The notes: generated by a model from the sequence alone, not told the origin. Positions 34,513 through 44,304 are shown, numbered from the stretch's first letter. The stretch is 64,000 nt of DNA from Chthoniobacteraceae bacterium (GCA_031425095.1 JANPIS010000413.1:1850-65849), one strand, 5' to 3'. Translations and numbers: made by a program.

Positions 34513-34977
34513 ATGAGCCCACCAGTCACCGATTGGGGCATTGCCACCGTAGCCGATACATCGGCGCCAGGTTGCGACCTGGTCCGTGAGTGGTTGCGCG
34601 AGCACAACTGGACGGTCAATCCAGCTTTCATGGAGCAGCTTCAGCAGCCGGAGCATCAGCTTCGGCCGCTGGTCCTGCTCGCGACCGCCGAGGCGTGCGT
34701 CCTGGGTGGCCTCTTTGCCGAGACCCAGTTGGCGTGGCTTCGCATTTCCGTCATGTCTGTTCACCCGGAGTGGCGTTCGCAAGGGATCGGTGGGGCGCTG
34801 CTGGCCGAGGCGGAGCGGCAGGCCCTCGCACGCGGCTGCAAGTATGCCTGCGTGGACACAATGCAGTATCAGGCGCCACGCTTTTACCTCTCGCACGGCT
34901 TCAAGACCGTCGGTGAGATTTCCGACTGGGATTCGCGTGGCCACAGTAAGCTCTATCTCTCCAAACGGCTCCGATGA
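34513..34977 (+). CDS. GNAT family N-acetyltransferase
   Basis: ISVMSVHPEWRSQGIGGALLAEAERQALARGC... acetyl-CoA binding motif A. Confidence 0.85.
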   Translation: MSPPVTDWGIATVADTSAPGCDLVREWLREHNWTVNPAFMEQLQQPEHQLRPLVLLATAEACVLGGLFAETQLAWLRISVMSVHPEWRSQGIGGALLAEAERQALARGCKYACVDTMQYQAPRFYLSHGFKTVGEISDWDSRGHSKLYLSKRLR

Positions 34978-35468
34978 ACCGACCGGAAGCGCTCCGTGAA
35001 ACCCAAAGACCAGCAATGAAGTTTCAAGGACTCAAAGGCTGTTACGAAAAGACCCGCGGACTGTTCTATTTCGCCCGCATGTGTTCGAAGATTCGGCTGC
35101 ACGCGAACGGCGAACTCCCGGGGGATTACCATGCAATGCTTGGACAGGGGTTCGACGGACGCACCTGCCGCTATCTGGCAGTCCGCTACGAGGACGCCAG
35201 GGCGCAAGTGCTCGCCGGCAAGAACGACGAGGAGGTGCTCGACTGGTGCATGACGAATGGCCGCCGCCTCACGGACGAGGAGGTGCTCATCTACAACAGC
35301 TTTATGAGCAAGCGCGGTTGGCGGGACGACGAGACCGACGGATATATCCCTGACATGATCCGGCAATACGGTTTGAAGGACGACGGCTGCGTGATCACCG
35401 ACTTCGACCTGATCGAGATGGACGAAGGTCGCTGGTATCCCGACATGTGGAGGGACGCATGGAGGTAA
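34974..35468 (+). CDS. DUF5069 domain protein
   Basis: GLFYFARMCSKIRLHANGELPGDYHAMLGQGFD...DEEVLDWC...IYNSFMSKRGW. ATGA overlap with the GNAT stop (alternative start 35016). Confidence 0.8.
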   Translation: MNRPEALRETQRPAMKFQGLKGCYEKTRGLFYFARMCSKIRLHANGELPGDYHAMLGQGFDGRTCRYLAVRYEDARAQVLAGKNDEEVLDWCMTNGRRLTDEEVLIYNSFMSKRGWRDDETDGYIPDMIRQYGLKDDGCVITDFDLIEMDEGRWYPDMWRDAWR

Positions 35469-35538
35469 TTTCGCTATGAAAGTAACGCCTAACCGTTTCC
35501 CCGCTGGTGCTCTCATCGCCACGATCGAAAGACTGATT

Positions 35539-36030
35539 ATGAAACCCGCTCTCCTCCTCATTCTCACGACCATGCTTCCGTTCATGATGCGCGCAGACGA
35601 TAAACAAGCCACGGGCGACGCGAAAGCCGGTGCCATCGCCCAGGAAGGCGTCTGGAAGCCAATCGCCGCCATCCTTGGGGGTGCGCGGCTGCCGGAGCCC
35701 GCCCTCAAAGCCATCACGCTGAGAATCACCGGCGGGAATTATGAAGTCACCATCGAAGGGGAAAGAGAGCCGGACAAAGGGACTTGCACGCTCGACACGA
35801 CCACCAGTCCCAAGCGCATGACCATCAAGAGCACGGCCGGCCCCAACCACGGCAAGACCTTTCTTGCCATCTACGAGATGAAGGACGCCGTATCGATGCG
35901 GGTCTGCTATGACCTGTCGGGCATGGAGTTACCGAAAGAATTAAAGGCACCGAAAGGGACTTCCCTTTATCTCGTCGGTTACCGGAGGCAGATCGGGCAG
36001 CCAGCGGAGAAGACAGCGCCAAAGCAATGA
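35539..36030 (+). CDS. TIGR03067-family secreted protein
   Basis: Signal peptide MKPALLLILTTMLPFMMRA, then GVWKPIAAILGG..LPE...LDTTTSPKRMTI...FLAIYEMKDAVSMRVCYDL. Confidence 0.75.
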   Translation: MKPALLLILTTMLPFMMRADDKQATGDAKAGAIAQEGVWKPIAAILGGARLPEPALKAITLRITGGNYEVTIEGEREPDKGTCTLDTTTSPKRMTIKSTAGPNHGKTFLAIYEMKDAVSMRVCYDLSGMELPKELKAPKGTSLYLVGYRRQIGQPAEKTAPKQ

Positions 36031-36187
36031 GCGCGGATACGGGTGACCACGCGCAACTGCGAACTGCTCCGTGCGTCATGGCCCATGCTCCTCCCACCTG
36101 CGCCCCCGCCGCCTTTCCGCATCGGCCGCGCCGCCCTCCGCAGTTGTTGAGCTTGGGGGTGTTCGGCGCCTCAGGGCTTCACGCGGC

Positions 36188-36745
36188 ATGACGACCACCA
36201 TTTGTACGGAACGGTTGGAATTGATCCCCCTTCTTCCTCCATTCCTGCAGGCCGTCCTTACGCATGACCTCACAAAGGCGGAGCGATTACTGGGGTTGTC
36301 GCTCCCGGACGGTTTGCTGGCTTCCACCGATGTCATGGCCCTGCGGCTTCAGCAACTGCAAGCGGAGGCGACGTTCCAGCCATGGTCCTTGCGGGCGATG
36401 GCGCTCCGCGACCGGCGTGTAATGGTCGGCCACATAGGGTTCCACACGGCCCCCGGAGCAGAGTATTTTCGGCCTTATGCTCCGGGAGGTGTGGAGTTTG
36501 GATTCACGGTGTATCCGCCTTTTCGGCGTCAGGGTTACGCCCGCGAAGCTTCGCGGGCGCTGATGGGCTGGGCGCATCAGGTTCACGGTGTGACGAGATT
36601 TGTGCTGAGTATCCGGCCGGACAATACCGCCCCTCAAGCTCTCGCCGCCGGGCTTGGTTTTGTGCGCATCGGCTCTCACATCGACGAGGTGGATGGTCTT
36701 GAAGACATTCTTGAGCACAGACTTTGCAATGATCACGTGGCCTAA
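36188..36745 (+). CDS. GNAT family N-acetyltransferase (RimJ/RimL-like)
   Basis: TERLELIPL...GFTVYPPFRRQGYAREASRALMGWA. Confidence 0.85.
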   Translation: MTTTICTERLELIPLLPPFLQAVLTHDLTKAERLLGLSLPDGLLASTDVMALRLQQLQAEATFQPWSLRAMALRDRRVMVGHIGFHTAPGAEYFRPYAPGGVEFGFTVYPPFRRQGYAREASRALMGWAHQVHGVTRFVLSIRPDNTAPQALAAGLGFVRIGSHIDEVDGLEDILEHRLCNDHVA

Positions 36746-36804
36746 CCCGTCGCTGTCGCACTCTCACGACACGGCATTCATGAATAAAACGGCGGGTCAC
36801 CCAT

Positions 36805-36833
36805 GCAGGCAGGTGGTTATGCCTGCGTTTTTT
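36805..36833 (+). terminator. probable intrinsic terminator (gcaggc-N10-gcctgc followed by T6)
   Basis: Hairpin at 36805-36826, T-run at 36828-36833, downstream of the GNAT gene. Overlaps the last codons of the convergent gene. Confidence 0.45.
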
Positions 36834-37416
36834 GGGCGGGCGAGGGGCCCCTGCTCCGGGCCAGGGGAGGCACCTGGCCGTACTGAAGTTCCCGCCCGGC
36901 CAGCGCGGATCGGAGCAGGAGCGCGCCGCGGCTCATGTCTCCGCGACCGGCAAACTCCAGAGGAAAGCGCAATTGCTCCCCAAAGATCGGCAGGAGTGTG
37001 TCGAGATACTTGCCGGTCGCCACACTCCCCAGCAAGACGATCTCCGTGGGTGCGTCCGCGAGGGGTTCCGCGGTGAGTCTTAACGGTTCTGTGAAGCGCG
37101 GCTCGGCGGAATCCACGGGCACGTCGGCAAATTCCGCAAGGTCGCGCCAGCCGACCTGCGTGTCGGGGGTGACCAGGCCGCGGCTCGGCGTGATGATGAA
37201 GACGCCGGGCAATCCCTCGGGTGGCGTGGCAAAGCGACGGGCGTAGGTGAGCTTGCCGCGGAAATAGAGTCCGCTGCAGAACGCGAAGACATCGCCCAGA
37301 GCCGCGGCGCCGATTTGCACCTGCCGCGCGAGTTCAAATGTGGCCGTGGGCCGCGTGAGCAGAGCGGCGCGCTTCCCATCGGAGCGTGCGGGCGAGAGGA
37401 GAAAGACCCGCTTCAT
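36817..37416 (-). CDS. conserved hypothetical protein (199 aa), divergent neighbour of the LigD polymerase gene
   Basis: Internal Met MKRVFLLSPARSDGKRAALL of the 503-aa track ORF. The upstream 304 aa are antisense to LigD-Pol and look like noise. Distinctive LYFRGKLTYARRF and FAGRGDMSRG blocks. Family name not recognised. Confidence 0.7.
   Translation of the reverse strand: MKRVFLLSPARSDGKRAALLTRPTATFELARQVQIGAAALGDVFAFCSGLYFRGKLTYARRFATPPEGLPGVFIITPSRGLVTPDTQVGWRDLAEFADVPVDSAEPRFTEPLRLTAEPLADAPTEIVLLGSVATGKYLDTLLPIFGEQLRFPLEFAGRGDMSRGALLLRSALAGRELQYGQVPPLARSRGPSPAQKTQA
36822..37308. repeat. 487-bp direct repeat, copy 2
   Basis: See copy 1 (33836-34322). Confidence 0.7.
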
Positions 37417-37473
37417 GGCCTTTCGATGCCGCCGGGAAGCCAGCGCGGTGCGATGCGAGAGAGACCACGCGCC

Positions 37474-38394
37474 ATGAGCAAGAAATCTGAAATCGAAGTC
37501 GCCGGCAAAAAGCTCACGGTCTCGAATCTCGGCAAGGTGCTGTATCCCGAGTGCGGATTCACGAAAGGGCAGGTCATCGACTATTACATACGCATTGCCC
37601 CGGTGCTTTTGCCGCATCTGAAGAACCGGCCCATCACCCTCAAGCGGTATCCCGACGGCGTGGAGGGTTTCTTCTTTTACGAGAAACAGTGCCCCTCGCA
37701 TCGGCCAGCCTGGGTGAAGACGACCGAGGTGCCCTCGCGCCGCGAGGAGGGAAAGATCGACTATTGCCTGATGAACGATCTGCCGGCGCTGGTGTGGGCG
37801 GCGAATCTGGCGGACTTGGAGTTGCACACCTTTCTGCACCGCGCGCCAGCCATCACGAAGCCGACCATGCTGGCCTTCGATCTCGATCCCGGTGCGCCTG
37901 CGGACATGGTGCTCTGCTGCCGCGTGGGGCTGCGGCTGCGGGAGACTTTCGACGCCCTCGGGCTTCAGGCGTTTCCCAAGACCTCCGGTTCCAAAGGTCT
38001 CCAAATCTTCATCCCCCTCAACTCTGCGACGACCTACGAGAAGACCAAAGCCTTTGCGCACGCGGTCGCGCAAAAGATGGAACGCGAGCACCCGGGGGAG
38101 GTGGTGTCGCGAATGCAAAAGACGCTGCGCAAAGGCAAAGTGCTCATCGACTGGAGCCAAAACGGTGAACACAAGACGACGGTGAACGTGTACTCGCTGC
38201 GCGCCAAACCGCACCCAACCATATCCACTCCGGTGACCTGGCAGGAGGTCGAGGCGGTCGTGAAGAAACGGAACGCCAGGCTTTTGGTCTTCGAGAGTGA
38301 TGCGGTGCTGCGGAGAGTAGAGAAACACGGCGATCTGTTCGCGCCGGTCCTCACGCTCAAGCAGCGGCTCCCTTCTCTTCGCGCGTTGGAATAA
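37474..38394 (+). CDS. LigD polymerase/primase domain protein (non-homologous end joining)
   Basis: VAGKKLTVSNLGKVLYPE.GFTKGQVIDYY...ITLKRYPDGV...FFYEK...DLDP...KTSGSKGLQIFIPL are LigD-Pol (AEP) blocks. Confidence 0.9.
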   Translation: MSKKSEIEVAGKKLTVSNLGKVLYPECGFTKGQVIDYYIRIAPVLLPHLKNRPITLKRYPDGVEGFFFYEKQCPSHRPAWVKTTEVPSRREEGKIDYCLMNDLPALVWAANLADLELHTFLHRAPAITKPTMLAFDLDPGAPADMVLCCRVGLRLRETFDALGLQAFPKTSGSKGLQIFIPLNSATTYEKTKAFAHAVAQKMEREHPGEVVSRMQKTLRKGKVLIDWSQNGEHKTTVNVYSLRAKPHPTISTPVTWQEVEAVVKKRNARLLVFESDAVLRRVEKHGDLFAPVLTLKQRLPSLRALE

Positions 38395-38397
38395 TCC

Positions 38398-39510
38398 CTA
38401 CTTGAGCAGCTTGAGCACGTTCGCCTGCTTTTGCATCAACTGCTGTGTGGTGCATTGCCGCGGCGATTTGTCGGGGCGCCAGCGCAGCAGCCTGGTCCCG
38501 TGGCGAAAGCGCCCGCCAGTGACATGGTCGTAACATACTTCGACCACGAGCTTCGGCTGGAGTGGCTGCGACGAGGTGTCTTTCCCGGCGTTCCAACGAC
38601 TCGGCCCGCCGGGTGCCTTGCCGGTGAAGGCGGGTTTCCCGATCAAACGCTCCAGCTTTTTGGTGAGAGCTGGCTTATCGGCGGTGCAGAGGCTGGAGGT
38701 GAACCCGACATGGTGGAGCAGGCCTTGCTCGTCGTAGAGTCCGAGGAGGAGGGAGCCCACGAGTTTGCTCCCGGTGCCGTAACGGAAACCGCCGACCACG
38801 CAATCTGCGCTGCGGAAGTTCTTGATCTTCTGCATCCCATCGCGCTCACCCGAGCGGTAAGGTAAATCCACTCGCTTGGCGATAATGCCATCCAGGGTTG
38901 CTCCGGTCTGCGAGAGCCAGCGCTTCGCCGTGGACAGTTTCTTCGTGGCCGGTGAGAGACGGATGATCCCCTTTTCTGGGAAATGCGCGGCGGCGAATGT
39001 CTCCAGCGCCACGCGTCGCTCCCGAAGCGGTGCGTCGAGCATCGAGCGTCCGTCTTCCCCGGCCAGCAGGTCGAAGACAACCAGGATGGCGGGCGTCTCC
39101 CCGGAGAGTCTCGCGATGCGCGACGCCGCTGGATGGATGCGCTGAAGGAGGGCGTCGAAGGAAAAGCCGCGGCCTTGGGGGATGGCGATCTCGCCGTCGA
39201 GGACGAAGCACGGCGCATCCAGATCGGCGAGTGCGGCGACGAGCTCGGAAAAGTAACGTGCCAGGGGTTGCTGGGCTTTCGATTGCAGGCGCACGTCCGC
39301 GCCGGCGCGAAAAGCAATGCAGCGAAAGCCGTCCCATTTCGGTTCATACTGCCATTCACTTCCGATCGGAATGGTGTCCACCGAGAGCGCCTCCATCGGC
39401 GCCAGCGTCGCCGGCATCTTCAACGTCGCCGCGCCCTTCATCGAGCCGCGCGAAGTTAGCCGGGGGTTCCGCACCGTGCGGTTCTTCGTGAGCGTGGATA
39501 CAGCAGGCAT
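38398..39510 (-). CDS. ATP-dependent DNA ligase (LigD ligase-domain type)
   Basis: Adenylation motif I EPKWDGFRC, DGEI (motif III), LDGIIAKR (motif IV). C-terminal OB domain. The start may be an internal Met (39441, 39417 or 39396). Confidence 0.9.
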   Translation of the reverse strand: MPAVSTLTKNRTVRNPRLTSRGSMKGAATLKMPATLAPMEALSVDTIPIGSEWQYEPKWDGFRCIAFRAGADVRLQSKAQQPLARYFSELVAALADLDAPCFVLDGEIAIPQGRGFSFDALLQRIHPAASRIARLSGETPAILVVFDLLAGEDGRSMLDAPLRERRVALETFAAAHFPEKGIIRLSPATKKLSTAKRWLSQTGATLDGIIAKRVDLPYRSGERDGMQKIKNFRSADCVVGGFRYGTGSKLVGSLLLGLYDEQGLLHHVGFTSSLCTADKPALTKKLERLIGKPAFTGKAPGGPSRWNAGKDTSSQPLQPKLVVEVCYDHVTGGRFRHGTRLLRWRPDKSPRQCTTQQLMQKQANVLKLLK

Positions 39511-39647
39511 GCCTCTCCTTTCGTGGCGAGCGGTCAGGTCGGACGTGAAGGGTTCGCATTGCCTGTCGGCAAAAGCGCATTGCCCCGCGGAGGCTCCACC
39601 TTACGATGACGCCTGCGTCGCGCGGAGTCGCGATTGAACCATAGAAT

Positions 39648-41258
39648 ATGTCCGCCCCTTTCCGTAAAAGCCCGCGCCTCTTTCCGCCGAATGTCCGCTC
39701 TTACCTGCGGCCATGCCGTGCGAGGGGGGCGGTGGCGCTCTTCACAATTCTGCTCTTTGCACTCTCCATCGCTGCGCGGACGGAACGGCCAAACATCATC
39801 GTCCTCCTCGCCGACGATGTGGGCTATGGCGATCTCGGCTGCTACGGGGCGACGCTCGCGCACACCCCACACCTCGACCGGCTCGCGCGCGAAGGCCGCC
39901 GCTTCATGGATGCGCATTCGCCGGCTTCGATGTGTACGCCCACGCGGCGCGCGCTGCTCACCGGCACGTATTCGTGGCGGCAGGAACCGGGCGCCACCAT
40001 CCTTAGCGGCACGGACCCGCTCTGCATCGCGCCCGGTACGGCGACTCTCGCCTCAATGCTGAAGGCGGCGGGCTACGCGACGGGGGCCGTGGGCAAGTGG
40101 CATCTCGGGCTCGGCGGAAAGGGAGGGGCGCAGTGGAATGACAGGATCGCACCGGGGCCGGGCGCGCTCGGGTTCGATGATGCTTTCATCATGCCGGCCA
40201 CGGGCGATCGCGTGCCTTGCGTGTATGTGGAAAACGAGCGCATCGCCGGGCTCGATTCTGCCGATCCGATCGCGGTGAGCTATCGTGCGAAAGTCGGCAC
40301 GGAGCCGACGGGCCGCGAGCATCCGGAGTTGCTGAATCTCAAAAGCCGCCGCGGCCACGACGGCACGATCGTCAATGGCATCGCGCGCATCGGGTGGATG
40401 AGTGGCGGTACGTCCGCGCGTTGGGTGGATGAAGAGATGGCGGATACTTTCGCCAACAGGGCGCGGACATTTATCGAGGAGCATCGGAATGCCCCGTTTT
40501 TTCTCTACCTCGCCACGCACGGCATCCACGCACCGCAGGCACCGCATCCACGATTTCACGGTGCGGGCCAATGCGGCACCCGCGGCGAAGTGCTCGCGGA
40601 ACTGGACGATACCGTGGGCCAGATTCTCGCCACGCTCGATCGACTCGCGCTGGCGGAAAAGACGCTGGTTATATTTACGAGCGACAACGGCGGCGTAGTC
40701 GAGGACGGCTACGCGACAAACGTGGTGCCGGAGCACCGCTGCAATGGCCCACTTCGCGGCTTCAAGGGGACGCAGTGGGAAGGTGGACATCGCGTGCCTT
40801 TCATCGCGCGCTGGCCAGGCCGCGTCCCGGCGGGCAGCGAATGCGGCGACCTCGTCATGCACGGCGACTTGTTTGCGACCTTTGCCGCACTGCTCGGCAT
40901 CGCGCTGCCAGACGAAGCGGCGCTCGATAGTCTCGACGCTCGGCCCGCGCTGCTCGGCGAGCCGCGCGCGCAGCCCGGACGCACGACCTTCATCTCGCAT
41001 GGCGCGGGCACGAATGGTCCGTTCGGCATTCGGTCTGGCCCGTGGAAGCTCGTGCAGAGCGCCGGCGGCGGGATCGGTCGCGCAAAACTCGCCGAACGCC
41101 CCGGTCGTCCCCCGCAGCTTTTCCATCTCACCGACGATCCCTCCGAAGCGCACGATCCCGCCACGCGGCATCCCGAAAAAGTGCGGGAGCTTACCGAGAT
41201 CCTCGCGACCGAGCGCGCGGAGGGACGGACACGTCCCGCCAGGAAACCTTCACGCTGA
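39648..41258 (+). CDS. arylsulfatase (formylglycine-dependent sulfatase family)
   Basis: NIIVLLADDVGYGDLG and the CxPxR motif MCTPTRRALLTG. Signal/TM N-terminus. Confidence 0.9.
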   Translation: MSAPFRKSPRLFPPNVRSYLRPCRARGAVALFTILLFALSIAARTERPNIIVLLADDVGYGDLGCYGATLAHTPHLDRLAREGRRFMDAHSPASMCTPTRRALLTGTYSWRQEPGATILSGTDPLCIAPGTATLASMLKAAGYATGAVGKWHLGLGGKGGAQWNDRIAPGPGALGFDDAFIMPATGDRVPCVYVENERIAGLDSADPIAVSYRAKVGTEPTGREHPELLNLKSRRGHDGTIVNGIARIGWMSGGTSARWVDEEMADTFANRARTFIEEHRNAPFFLYLATHGIHAPQAPHPRFHGAGQCGTRGEVLAELDDTVGQILATLDRLALAEKTLVIFTSDNGGVVEDGYATNVVPEHRCNGPLRGFKGTQWEGGHRVPFIARWPGRVPAGSECGDLVMHGDLFATFAALLGIALPDEAALDSLDARPALLGEPRAQPGRTTFISHGAGTNGPFGIRSGPWKLVQSAGGGIGRAKLAERPGRPPQLFHLTDDPSEAHDPATRHPEKVRELTEILATERAEGRTRPARKPSR

Positions 41259-41309
41259 TGGTGGAGCGCGTGCTCATTTCGCTCGCGGTTGCTGGCGGCA
41301 CACGTGCGG

Positions 41310-41654
41310 CTAGCCGCGCACTCTCGCCGTGAACAACGTCTGTGCCGTCGAGCGTCCGCGTTTGAGGTGCTCGCTGCGAGCAGCGATGACTGCCTCGGCT
41401 CGCAGCACGTCACGAAACTGTAAATGCCGAACCCACTGCTCGCCGCCGAAGACGACAAGGTGGAGATGATGAGTCCGTGGGCCGGAGGCGTGCCGCATGA
41501 GCCAGCGTCGGACTGGCAAGGCGGCGAAACGACCCGGCAGGAGAGCGAAGAGGCGATCACGCTCCGCGACGAACTGCGCCGTCCATTGCGATTCGTGCGC
41601 CGTAAGATGGACTTCCTCGGCCATCGCGTGGGTTAAAGAATCGTCTGTCGCCAT
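41310..41654 (-). pseudogene. GrpB-family remnant lacking the central nucleotidyltransferase core
   Basis: The N-terminal block (V.L..HESQWTAQFVAERDRL..LL) and the distal RTHHLHLV...W..HLQFRDVLR block are present. The roughly 60 aa expected between them (H-x-GST..PG / D-x-D region) are absent. Confidence 0.5.
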
Positions 41655-41695
41655 GTAACGGAGTTAGAGAAGCGTGCAGAGTAAGTAACTACCCA

Positions 41696-44047
41696 TTAGA
41701 CGCCCCGCTCTGTCCCTGGCAATTCCACGATGAAGACCGCACCCCGTCCCACTCCCGGACTCTCCGCGCGGATCGCGCCCTCGTGCAGTTCCACGATTCC
41801 GCGGGCGATGGCCAGCCCGAGGCCGAGGCCGGCCTGACGCGGGCGGCCCTCGACGGTCTCCTGCTCGAAAGGTTGGAAGATGCGGGTCGCCGCCGCGGGC
41901 TCAAAGCCGATGCCGGAGTCCCGCACTTCCACGGCGAGGCGCGAGCAGTTCGCGCGGCCGTCGAGCCCGCCCATCTCGTAAGTGCGCACGGCGACGCGTC
42001 CACCCGCCGGGGTGAACTTCACGGCATTGCGCAGCAGATTCCAAAAGACCTGTTGCAGACGGGCGGGATCGCCGAGGAGGGCGGTGCGCCGAGCCTCCCG
42101 CGCAATCTCCAGCGTCACACCTTTGCGTCGCGCCTCGTCGCGCACCATGCCCGCGGCGAGATCGAGCACGCGGTGCAAATCGCACTCCTCCGGCTCCAGC
42201 GTCAGCTTGCCCCGCGCGATCCGCGTCACGTCGAGCAAATCGTCGATCAGCCGGGCTTCGAGCGCGATGTTGCGCTCGATCATGCCCAGCGCGTCGCGCG
42301 TCTCCGGGTCGAAGCGCGGATCGTCGCGGAGGTCTTGCGCCAGCAGCAGCGCCGGCGTGAGCGGCGTGCGCAGCTCGTGAGAGAGCTGGGCGAGGAAGTG
42401 ATCCTTCGCCAGCGACGCCGCCTCGGCCGCATCGCGGGCCGCCTGGAGTTCGCTGGCGGCGCGCTCCCGCTCCGTCGCATCGTAGAAGTAACACACCACG
42501 CCGAGCCGGCCATCCGGCAGCATTTCGCGCGCGATCTGCCAGTCGTACGTCTCCGTGGCCGGCACGTCGGCGCGCTGCTGGGTGGTATTCGGCGCATGGA
42601 AGGGCTCGCCCGTTTCCAGGGTGCGTCGGAAAAGCGCGATCACCTCCGAGGCGAAAGGCTCCGGCCAGACGGCGCGCAGCACTTCGCCGAAATCCCGGCC
42701 GAGTAACGGTCGCACGCTGGCAAAGACGCGCTGCGAGCCGGCGCTCACCAGCGCCAGCCGGAAGTCGGCATCTACCGCATACACGCCGAAAGGTGCGCTC
42801 TCGATCAGCCGGGCAAAGGCGTCGCCATGCGCCTCGGCCCGCGCGTCGCTGGCCTGCAGCTCCACATCTGCCGCCCTCCGTGCTTCCGCGGCGGCGAGTC
42901 GTTCCCGGCTCACGCGAACGCTCTCGGCCACGAAGGCGATGAGCACCGAAGTCGCGGCAAAGATGCCCAGGATCACCCAGTCCTCGGGGGTGCCGAGGGC
43001 AAAAGTGCGGACCGGCTGCATCCAGAAATACTTCAGAATCGCAATCGAGAGCCCCGCTGCGAGCAGCGCCGGACCGCGCCCGCCGTAAAGCGCCGCGAGG
43101 ATTACCGCCGGGAAGAAAGTGACCGTGGCCGCACGCGTGCCGAGTCCGGCGAGAAAGGTCATGCGCACCACTGTCGCCACCGCGACCAGCACCACCGCAA
43201 GCGCATAGCGCAGCCTGCCATCCGCGGGCATGGCTGCGAGCGAGACTTCCCGCGCATTCGACTCCCGCGCGAGCGCCAGCGCCGCGAGCGTCAGATACAC
43301 ACTGCCCGCCCAGCTCGTCGCCCGCGCCGTCCAGCCGAGCACGCTGCCGTGCTCGCGCTGGAGCATCAGCCCGACCAGGCCCGTGGCGATGAGCAGCAGT
43401 GCCAGCGCATACCACTGCTGGAAAGCCGTGCGCCGCCGCCGCAGGAGCAGGATGGCCGTGAAGCAGAACATCCCCGCCGCCGAGCCCAGCACCATCGCCC
43501 GCACCGCCGACCCGCCACCGCCTTGGACAAAGAAATCCGGCAGCCACCCGCCCCAAGCCGCCTGAGCCACCGCCAGCGAAATGGCCAGCGGCACGGCCAC
43601 CGCGGCGAGGAGCCACCCGCCGGCCCCGCGTAGCGGACGCGGCGACGGCGGCAGCACCACGCCGAGCAGATGGCACAGCGCCGCCCACCACACACTCACA
43701 TTGTGCGTCGCGATCATGGCATTGGCATTGCCGCCGGCCAGTCCCGTGGCCAGCACGCCCGCCAGTCCGTAAAAGGCCACCCCGGCGATGAGCCACGCCA
43801 GCCCCGGCGTCGGCTGCGCGAGGAAGCTGCGGCTGGCCAGCACCGCGATCCATGCCGAAGCCAGCGTGGCAAAGAGGAGATTGCACAGAAAGAGGAGCCA
43901 CGGCGGATCGTAGCTGCCGTGTGGCTCCAGCCACCAGAGCACCCCGAGCACCGCCATCATCACCGGCACAGGCCACGCCACCCAGCGCGGCGGTGGCGGG
44001 ACCGCGCCGGGGGAGTGCGAATCAGCCTTGAGCGCCGAATCTTTCAT
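41696..44047 (-). CDS. membrane sensor histidine kinase (multi-TM N-terminus, PAS, HisKA, HATPase_c)
   Basis: H-box FLAQLSHELRTPLTP. N, G1 and G2 boxes (NLLRNAVKFTP, DSGIG, GLGLGLAIARGIVELHEG). About 8 N-terminal hydrophobic helices. Start taken at MKDSALK. Confidence 0.85.
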   Translation of the reverse strand: MKDSALKADSHSPGAVPPPPRWVAWPVPVMMAVLGVLWWLEPHGSYDPPWLLFLCNLLFATLASAWIAVLASRSFLAQPTPGLAWLIAGVAFYGLAGVLATGLAGGNANAMIATHNVSVWWAALCHLLGVVLPPSPRPLRGAGGWLLAAVAVPLAISLAVAQAAWGGWLPDFFVQGGGGSAVRAMVLGSAAGMFCFTAILLLRRRRTAFQQWYALALLLIATGLVGLMLQREHGSVLGWTARATSWAGSVYLTLAALALARESNAREVSLAAMPADGRLRYALAVVLVAVATVVRMTFLAGLGTRAATVTFFPAVILAALYGGRGPALLAAGLSIAILKYFWMQPVRTFALGTPEDWVILGIFAATSVLIAFVAESVRVSRERLAAAEARRAADVELQASDARAEAHGDAFARLIESAPFGVYAVDADFRLALVSAGSQRVFASVRPLLGRDFGEVLRAVWPEPFASEVIALFRRTLETGEPFHAPNTTQQRADVPATETYDWQIAREMLPDGRLGVVCYFYDATERERAASELQAARDAAEAASLAKDHFLAQLSHELRTPLTPALLLAQDLRDDPRFDPETRDALGMIERNIALEARLIDDLLDVTRIARGKLTLEPEECDLHRVLDLAAGMVRDEARRKGVTLEIAREARRTALLGDPARLQQVFWNLLRNAVKFTPAGGRVAVRTYEMGGLDGRANCSRLAVEVRDSGIGFEPAAATRIFQPFEQETVEGRPRQAGLGLGLAIARGIVELHEGAIRAESPGVGRGAVFIVELPGTERGV

Positions 44048-44304
44048 GAGTCGTTGCCATGCAAAACTATCGACCCCACGAGCGCGCAAGCCTTAATGAC
44101 TCGCAGAGTTCACCCTAGGCAGAATTCACGGGCGTCGGTCCCGAACGCGGGTGGACTTGCCCGAGTCTGCCGGCGCTTTGGCTCATCCCGTCAGCACAAG
44201 TCTTTCCCTACCGCACGGCTCGCGCCGCACGGACTCGTCCCCTGAAGCCCTGTTCAGGGCAAAGGACGACACGCGGCAGCCGCTCCCACTTCGATGTAGC
44301 GGGC

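Noticed and set aside
37417-38328. N-terminal 304 aa of the 503-aa minus-strand ORF
   Set aside because: It is antisense to the well-supported LigD polymerase gene and has no motifs. The real gene starts at Met 37416, as confirmed by its paralogue.
40053-43976. Large alternative-frame ORFs (372, 283 and 691 aa) over the sulfatase and histidine-kinase genes
   Set aside because: Extreme Arg/Ala/Gly composition, and they overlap genes with clear catalytic motifs.
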